NCBI GenBank assembly: GCA_965240325.2
Contig: OZ251233.1
Location: forward strand, 1,736,001-1,800,000
DNA from: Rebecca billardiae RCC1528
Lineage: Eukaryota > Protista > Haptophyta
Length of the DNA stretch: 64,000 nt
Direction: 5' to 3'
In this document: piece after piece, positions 57,201 to 64,000 of the stretch
Layout: each line of letters opens with the position of its first letter
How positions within the stretch are numbered: the stretch's first letter is position 1
Position numbers and translations under genes: made by a program
Notes under the pieces: model-generated
Told to the model about the DNA's origin: nothing
Seen by the model: only the letters and a program-made list of their open reading frames with translations
Database searches by the model: none

Positions 57201-57291
57201 AGAGGTCGTTGCCCTCGGGCTCGGGCTCCACGTGCTTGTGCTTGGACACGCGTATGATCAGCGGCGCCGGCCGGCTGGCTGCCGCGCTCAT
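54265..57291 (-). CDS. Hypothetical protein with N-terminal coiled coil and low-complexity tail (probable in-frame introns, e.g. 55347-55189)
   Basis: 1008-aa ORF with a strongly coding-like E/L/A/R heptad region. Confidence 0.65.
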   Translation of the reverse strand: MSAAASRPAPLIIRVSKHKHVEPEPEGNDLFSRFQRELGERDGAMPSQQRKEAAGLLRELLGKMAAGEVDPPSPVYDWASSGVLDASPRPGAAHAPLSPGKRWLKAHLVRKLRAEADARLETARRARASAVADVRAVYERQQAKLQSEHTLELERQREALVAQFESGKEAFMKELSGRNADEIIERVRREMLYTRHTKVVDLKNAELAQARQTIGERDEALAAASAQLAEAQSKYVNGVLEKRELSQELHTLKQEAAGARIRERGLRAELDGAKARAAELDAERTAAREALRAHEAEQDSKLQRISTLLLSTRLPNGLVSALSTLDPEALQRELTVAKARGGLRLFGSGSWRAHVPNAQSEDGRSERSFLDDGSAAGSPPALTTAGRRSGGGRAGATPASHSRKSLPSASPAPHAALAPASTPSSPHAEAAVAADAAPTPDATPPDTARHASSSSAEQSCAPTRQTSPQRADATPRTLAAHAAAAAAKGGASAPQVIAAAQRAAAHATRRASGSHLPTPRAPLDTVYSPARPGGSDGGAPSDDAAAADGQHSADGEGRAAEPVAPARAGDDAASPAAEAGSSSGRGGGGAEAEGSASRAPHRLVSSLAPLTVPTDADTQHADLAVEVNSSMRTPRPHHAAETGAQSEPVCAARSLTPRARTPRSSAPPRAALTRGACLPPHWASPHWASPHWASCTPEHHQRRGTRQPSAAELDSSRAQQKRTTPRSALGSADPPRSAVVAGSGGAARALPARTSAALARYGPDPVRAAAGSVQAVGPSGFVVGAVPPQPLPPSSAAASAVPHRQPRGAAYGGDAAAALAGGLRAPGAAPGAPLDGIETFSSFRMAQRAQLHRSAVRAQRVCARVARSLSLARARSACAMLTRRRARAPRSAAAPQAAEHAPTRPAPEGARERQQLTSWRGSSEHLMAAQHARSSSAHTPHGAAGVAFEPAAGTAVSGGGVRAVNINLVKPPPLALHKLPGAQDARRRQGPGRAQVANAHRSRLAPFK
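55211..55255. repeat. 15-bp tandem repeat x3 (gaggcccaatgggga), probably intronic
   Basis: Directly visible in the sequence. Confidence 0.9.
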
Positions 57292-57621
57292 GCTGCGCCG
57301 CGTGTGTGTGTGTGTGTGGTGCGCTTGCTTCTCACGCCCGGGCCGTTGAAAATGGAGATCGCCGCACGCGGCCGGGCCGCGGCTTGCAAGAGCGTTACGA
57401 GTTGAAAGCCTTGCTGCTTCTCTGGATCATATCAATGAAAGTTCTTGCGGGATCTCGAGATTCGAGATTCGATCTGACGTTCAACGTGACGAACCTAGCC
57501 GGACCGCTGCCGGTCCGGGCAAGGGGCTCAGTCAAGTCCGGACTCACGGGCGGAGCGCGCGCTGCCTTCGCGAAGGCTCTGGTTCATCCCGCGCGGCATC
57601 AGCGGCCGTGTCGCGAACTCG

Positions 57622-60600
57622 ATGTCGGTCGGGACCCGCGCGTTCTCGATGCTGCTGCTCGTCGGCGTCTCGTGCCGGGTGGGCGCGGTCCTGCCGCTCG
57701 GCCGCGCCTCCTCGCGTCTCCTCGCCGCCTCGCGCGCGCCCGTCGGCGCCGCCGGCGCGGCGGCCATCCGCGGCGGCGTGGCGCGCGCAGCGGTGCGGCT
57801 CTCGACCGCGGCCGCGCCCGAGGCGGCGACCAAGCTGGGCACGCACGCCGAGCACCCCAAGTACGATCTGGTGCGCGTGGACGAGGTGGAAGAGTACGGC
57901 GCGCGCTGCGCCCTCTACCGGCACAAGCGCACCGGCGCCGAGGTGCTCTCCGTGATCGCGGACGAGTCGAACAAGGTCTTTGGCATCACCTTCCGTACGC
58001 CGCCCGACGACTCGTGCGGCACGCCGCACATCCTGGAGCACTCGGTGCTCTGCGGCTCGCGCAAGTTCCCGACGAAGGACCCCTTCGTCGAGCTGCTCAA
58101 GGGCTCGCTGCAGACCTTCCTCAACGCCTTCACCTACCCCGACCGCACGTGCTACCCGGTCGCGTCGCAGAACCTGAAGGACTTCTACAACCTGATCAAC
58201 GTGTACCTCGACGCGGTGCTGCACCCGCGCGCGGTGAACGACCCGCTGGTGCTGCAGCAGGAGGGGTGGCACCTCGAGCTCGACGAGCCCTCCGCGCCGC
58301 TCACGTACAAGGGCGTCGTGTACAACGAGATGAAGGGCGTGTACTCGTCGCCCGACTCTCTCATGATGCGGCGCACGCAGCAGGAGCTGTTCCCAGACAA
58401 CACGTACGGCGTGGACTCGGGCGGCACGCCCGAGGTGATCCCGCGGCTCACGTTCGAGAACTTCCGCGGCTTCCACGGCCGCTTCTACCACCCGTCCAAC
58501 GCGCGCGTCTTCTTCTACGGCGACGACCCGCCCGCCGCGCGGCTCGAGCTGCTCGACCAGTACCTGTCTGAGTTTGAGGCGCAGCCGCCAGACTCGGAGA
58601 TCGGCTGGCAGAAGAAGCGCTCGGAGCCGTGGACGGTGAACGAGCGGTTCCCCGCGAGCGAGGAGACGGCAGACAAGCACATGATCTCGGTCAACTGGCT
58701 GCTCAACGACGAGCCGCTCTCGCTGCGCGACTCGCTCGCGTGGGGCATCCTCGACCACCTGCTGCTCGGCACGTCCGCGTCCAAGCTCGCAAAGGCGCTC
58801 ACCGAGTCCGGGCTCGGCGACGACCTCGTCGGCGGCGGGCTGTCGGACGAGCTGCTGCAGAGCACGTACGGCATCGGGCTGAAGGGGGTGAAGGCCGCCG
58901 ACATGGACAAGGTCGAGCCGCTCGTCCTCGACGTGCTCAAGCAGACGGTGAGCGACGGCTTCGACGAGCGCGCGGTCACGGCCTCGATCAACACGATCGA
59001 GTTCCAGCTGCGGGAGTTCAACACGGGCGGCTTCCCGCGCGGGCTGATGTTCATGATCGGCGCGCTCTCGGACTGGCTGTACGACCGCGACCCGCTGGGC
59101 GGGCTCCGCTTCGAGAAGCCCCTCGCCGAGCTCAAGGACGCCCTCGCCCGCGGCGAGCCCGTCTTCCAGAAGCTGATCGAGCGCGACCTGCTGAGCAACG
59201 GCCACCGCGTGACGGTCAAGATGACGCCCGACCTCGGCCTGGAGAAGGAGCAGCAGGTGCGCGCACGCGGCACGGCGCGCGCGGGGCCGAGGTGGCGAGG
59301 GGCGGGAGCGCGAAGCCCCGGCCGGCGCCACGCCCCGCCTGCACGCCCCGGCCGCCCACCTCGCTCGCTCACGCACGCCCTGCGACCCGCGCGACCCACC
59401 CGCCCCCGCCCCCGCCGCGTCCTCGCGCGCCGCGCCGTGGCGACCCCAGGCGGCGGAGGCGGCCGAGCTGGCCAAGATCAAGGCGAGCATGAAGCCCGAG
59501 GACCTGGAGGAGGTGGTGAAGGCGACGCAGGTGCTCAAGGAGCGGCAGGCCGCGGCGGACTCGCCCGAGGACGTGGCGAAGCTCCCCAAGCTCTCCCTCG
59601 ACGACCTCGAGCAGCAGGGCCGCGAGATTCCGATCGCCGTGGCCGACAAGTCTGGCGTCAAGTTCATCACGCACGCGGTGCCCTCGTCCGGCATCGTGTA
59701 CGCGGACGTGTGCTTCGACGCGTCGTCGGTCTCGCTGGAGGAGGCGCCGCTCGTGCCGCTGCTCACCGCGTGCCTGCTCGAGACCGGCACGTCGAAGCAG
59801 GACCGCGTCGCGCTCTCGCAGGAGATCGGCACGCACACGGGCGGCCTGCGCACGATGACGCTGCTCTCACAAAAGCCGACCGGCCCGGCGCTGGTGGCGC
59901 CCGCGGACGCGCTGCAGGCGTACGTGTGCGTGCGCGGCAAGGCGGTGGTGTCGAAGGCGGAGAAGCTCTTCGAGCTGATCTCGCAGATCTCCACTGACGC
60001 CAACCTCGACGACCAGAAGCGCGTGATCGAGATGCTGAAGGAGAGCGTCGCCGGCTACCGCGCGGGCATCCCCGCATCCGGCCACACCTTCGCCGACTCG
60101 CGGCTGCGCGCGCGCTACACGGCCGCTGCGTACGTGAACGAGCTGCAGGGCGGGATCGCCGCGTTCGAGCAGAGCAAAGCGCTGCTGCGCGAGGCGGAGA
60201 CCGACTGGGCGGGCCTGAGCGCGCGGCTCAAGGCGCTCCGCGCCAAGCTCGTCGCCTCCGACGGCCTAATCATCAACCTGACCGGCGACGAGGCGACGCT
60301 CAGCGCCGCCCTGCCACACGCAGAGGCGTTCGCGAGCGAGCTGCCGTCCACCGGCGGCCTGGCGTCGGTGGCCGAGTGGTCGCGCGCGCCGTTCGGCTCG
60401 AGCCCGAAGGACGAGGGGCTGACGGTGCCGACCCAGGTCAACTACGTCGCCAAGGGCGGCTACCTGTACCAGCCCGGGGAGAAGGTGCGCACGCCGCAGC
60501 GCACGCCGCAGCACGAGCCGCGGCGCACGCTGCGGCGCACGGACAGCCGCGCGCGGTGCACCGGGCGCGGGCGCCGCCCGAGACGCGCGCGCGCGCCACC

Positions 60601-61191
60601 GGCCGTGCGGCACTCACCGGCGCGCATCCGCGCGTGTGCCCCTTCGCCGCGCCCACGCCTCGCCGCGCCGCACCGCCGCAGGTGCCCGGCTCCGCCGACG
60701 TGGTCTCCCGATACCTGCGCACGGGATATCTTTGGGACACGGTGCGCGTGATGGGCGGCGCGTACGGCGGCTTCTGCCGCTTCTCCGCCGCGTCGGGCGT
60801 CTTCTCGTACCTGTCGTACCGCGACCCGAACGTGAAGGGCACGCTGGACAACTACGACAACGCGGCGCAGCACCTGCAGCAGCTCGAGCTCTCGCCGGCC
60901 GAGCTGTCGCAGGCGATCATCGGCGCGGTCGGAGATCTCGACCGGCCGATGCAGCCCGACCAGAAGGGCTTCGCCTCGCTGCAGCAGTTCCTGGCGGGCG
61001 AGACGGCGGAGGAGCGGCAGGCGCGCCGCTCCGAGCTGCTCGCGACGACCGCCGCGGACTTCCACGCGTTCGGCGAGCGGCTCGAGCAGCTCAAGGCGGA
61101 CGGCAGCGTGCACGTGATCGGCTCGGCGGCCGCCATCGAGGGCGCCAACGAGCAGCTGGAGAAGAAGCTCGACGTGAAGGAGCTGCTCTGA
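57622..61191 (+). CDS. PREP: Presequence protease (M16C, PreP) with organellar targeting peptide (introns 59257-59449, 60485-60681)
   Basis: HILEHSVLCGSRKF (HxxEH), NAFTYPDRTCYP, GVVYNEMKG, VRVMGGAYGG and SYRDPN motifs. Confidence 0.95.
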
Positions 61192-62487
61192 GCTGCACGC
61201 CTGACGCGGTCTGCTGTTGTCGGACTCTGAGCCTTCTCTCCGACTGCGTTGTCGAGGGAGTGTGCTCTCGCTGCCGGCGCCCCGGCGGCGTGTCCGCTTG
61301 TCGGCTGGCATGCGCGTCAACAGCTGCGGAGTGCGGACTGCGGTGCGGCGTTGTCGCTGGCAGCGCGAGTGCTCCGCGACGCTCATGCGCATGGTTGTGA
61401 CACGGCGCGTGAGACGTGACGAGTCTCAGTCCGATGCTGGCGGACATCAACGTCGTCGTCAGTCGTGATATATGCCGATTGCTGACTCATCCGATTATTC
61501 ATCACTCTCATCAGCTAAACGTCTGCTAAACTACTCCGTACTCGGGCTCGGCGCGGCGTCGCTACTCTGACGCACTCCGACGCTACTCCGGCTACTCGGG
61601 GCGGGGCTATCACCGCTATGGCGCGGTCGTATGCCACACGAATCAGTATAATTCATATATATATATATTATTAATATAATTCACTCGCTCGCGTGTAACT
61701 GATCGACTGACTCAGAGCGATCACCCTGTCTCCTAATTATTCGTAGCGGTATAATAATTTTCCGTTTAAGACTGCTCCTAATGACACTTGTGACATGGCG
61801 AGTGCTTGTCAGACTGAAGACAGATAGACAGTTTGAAGCGCATGCATACTGTTACGACTATACCGTATACGCTGACTGACGATCATCATGGCCGACTGAT
61901 CCGATCAGCCGTGCTCTGGTAGGTCTATGTTCCTCACTCCTCAGACTTCAGATGAGACAGAGTCAGATTAGTCAGAACGTGCAGGCGGTCGGCATCGGAG
62001 CGTTAGCAGGCGATATATGCGCGCCGAGACGGACTCGGCTGCATGCCCGCTGCCGCACTGTTATATCAGCTAGTATGCAGCATGCATGTATCACGTCACA
62101 GTACCACTTACATATGTTAACTACCCGCCGCCGCCGGATGTAATTTATAAGAATGCCGCCTCCGCGGACGATGCTAGTCGGCCTAGTGGTTGGCAAACTT
62201 TAATATAATAGTATCAGATTCGATGCAGCATGGCCGGATTCGAATGACGTAGAGTGGAATGTGACAGGCACACTAGCTTAAATGTGACGCCGCGGGCTGC
62301 GCAGACGCGGTGTCATCGCGGCGTCCGAGGCTCCGACGACTATATATTACGACTATATATATATATACATATCCGCCAGAAGCGTGATCGTCTTGGCACC
62401 CACGTGTCCTGATGACGCGGTACGGAGCAGTCGTTCTGCGTACGAGAGCGACTGTTCGGTACCGCATGAAGGCAGCGGCGTCTTGCC

Positions 62488-63150
62488 CTAAGAGCCCAGA
62501 GATCCCCTGCTGGCATCCTGCGACGAGTCGGCAACGAACTGTAGGCTCCGGGGGGTGTTGAGCTGCGAGTCGGCCGTCAGATGTGACCGTGACAACTCAC
62601 GGCCACGCGGTCCCTCGAACAGCTCGGCATGGGTCTCCGCTGAGGGCAGCCGCGATGCGTCGGGCGTGATCTCAGCCGTCTCGGCGCAACGGCCAACCAC
62701 GAGCTCCCTCGCGCGGGGACAATGCACCAGATGCGGCCCGAAGCCATGCCTGTCAAACTCACGCTTGCACCCAGGGCACACGATGGCGTCGGACAAACAA
62801 CTGGCCTGCTGCCGGAGCTCCTCGAGCTTGGAGCGGAGCATGGTCGCGGTGCGCGGTAGACGACGCGGCTTTGGATACGGCTGCCGAAGCTCCGCTTCCA
62901 GCCCGGGGTGCTCGTCGTGCAAGCGCACGTGGTGGTCAAGGGACTTCTTGTGCCTCAGGGCCTTGCCACACCCTGGGCGTGGGCAGATGTGGCGCGCGCC
63001 GCCGTGCACGACCCGCGCGTGCGACCGAGCGTTCGAAAGGCTCGAGAACGTCCTCGAGCAGCTGGTGTCTGGGCACGGGAAGCGCGAGCGCTCCGGCTGT
63101 GCGCTCAGACTCTGGCTGCTGTCTAGCACCTTGGCCGGGGGAGGGCCCAT
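62488..63150 (-). CDS. C2H2 zinc-finger protein
   Basis: CPDTSC...HARVVH and CPRPGC...HVRLH fingers, plus a CPGC...HLVHC C2HC finger. Confidence 0.8.
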   Translation of the reverse strand: MGPPPAKVLDSSQSLSAQPERSRFPCPDTSCSRTFSSLSNARSHARVVHGGARHICPRPGCGKALRHKKSLDHHVRLHDEHPGLEAELRQPYPKPRRLPRTATMLRSKLEELRQQASCLSDAIVCPGCKREFDRHGFGPHLVHCPRARELVVGRCAETAEITPDASRLPSAETHAELFEGPRGRELSRSHLTADSQLNTPRSLQFVADSSQDASRGSLGS

Positions 63151-63347
63151 CGTGGATTCGTGACCGACGATGACCTCGTCGCCCCAAGCCCGAAGACTGG
63201 AATCCGGGTGGAATCCGGGCCTGGGGAAAGAAAAGCCGTTGACCACGCCATCTTAAATATTGTGCCGCGGCCACTGGCCATCGGGCCGGCTCGGCTGCTG
63301 ACCAACGACCTGTCCTCCGAGGCTTGCCGCGCGCGCACACGAAAGCC

Positions 63348-64000
<653 letters not shown>

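Overview
This is GC-rich, gene-dense eukaryotic genomic DNA. Spliceosomal introns are short and GC-rich (mostly GTGCGC...CAG), and divergent gene pairs are tightly spaced. This style fits a Pavlovales-type haptophyte alga, which is my inference. About 26 protein genes are supportable. They include a DED1/DDX3 helicase, F-box/RCC1 protein, cytochrome P450, GBP-like GTPase, patatin, a PARP-zinc-finger/PADR1/Pol-beta-HhH fusion, NFACT-R, DSP phosphatase, DGK/phytol-kinase-family protein, SHAQKYF MYB, JmjC, IQ protein, tandem glycosyltransferase, NSUN, TrmK-like, alpha/beta hydrolase, GST, a UreD-UreF fusion, a SHOC1/Zip2-like protein, VPS25, PreP, C2H2 zinc finger and PCNA. A two-exon small secreted peptide gene is not recovered by the ORF track. 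Mobile DNA includes a 3.1-kb foldback-type element with ~663-bp terminal inverted repeats and a 7-bp target duplication, an adjacent inverted duplication and perfect palindrome, and two tandem TA-flanked MITEs. The best novelty candidates are the PARP-sensor/dRP-lyase fusion lacking a catalytic domain, the foldback element, the SHOC1-like meiotic gene, the UreD-UreF fusion and the hidden peptide. No rRNA, tRNA or CRISPR was seen. All family calls come from visual motif recognition, not database searches.
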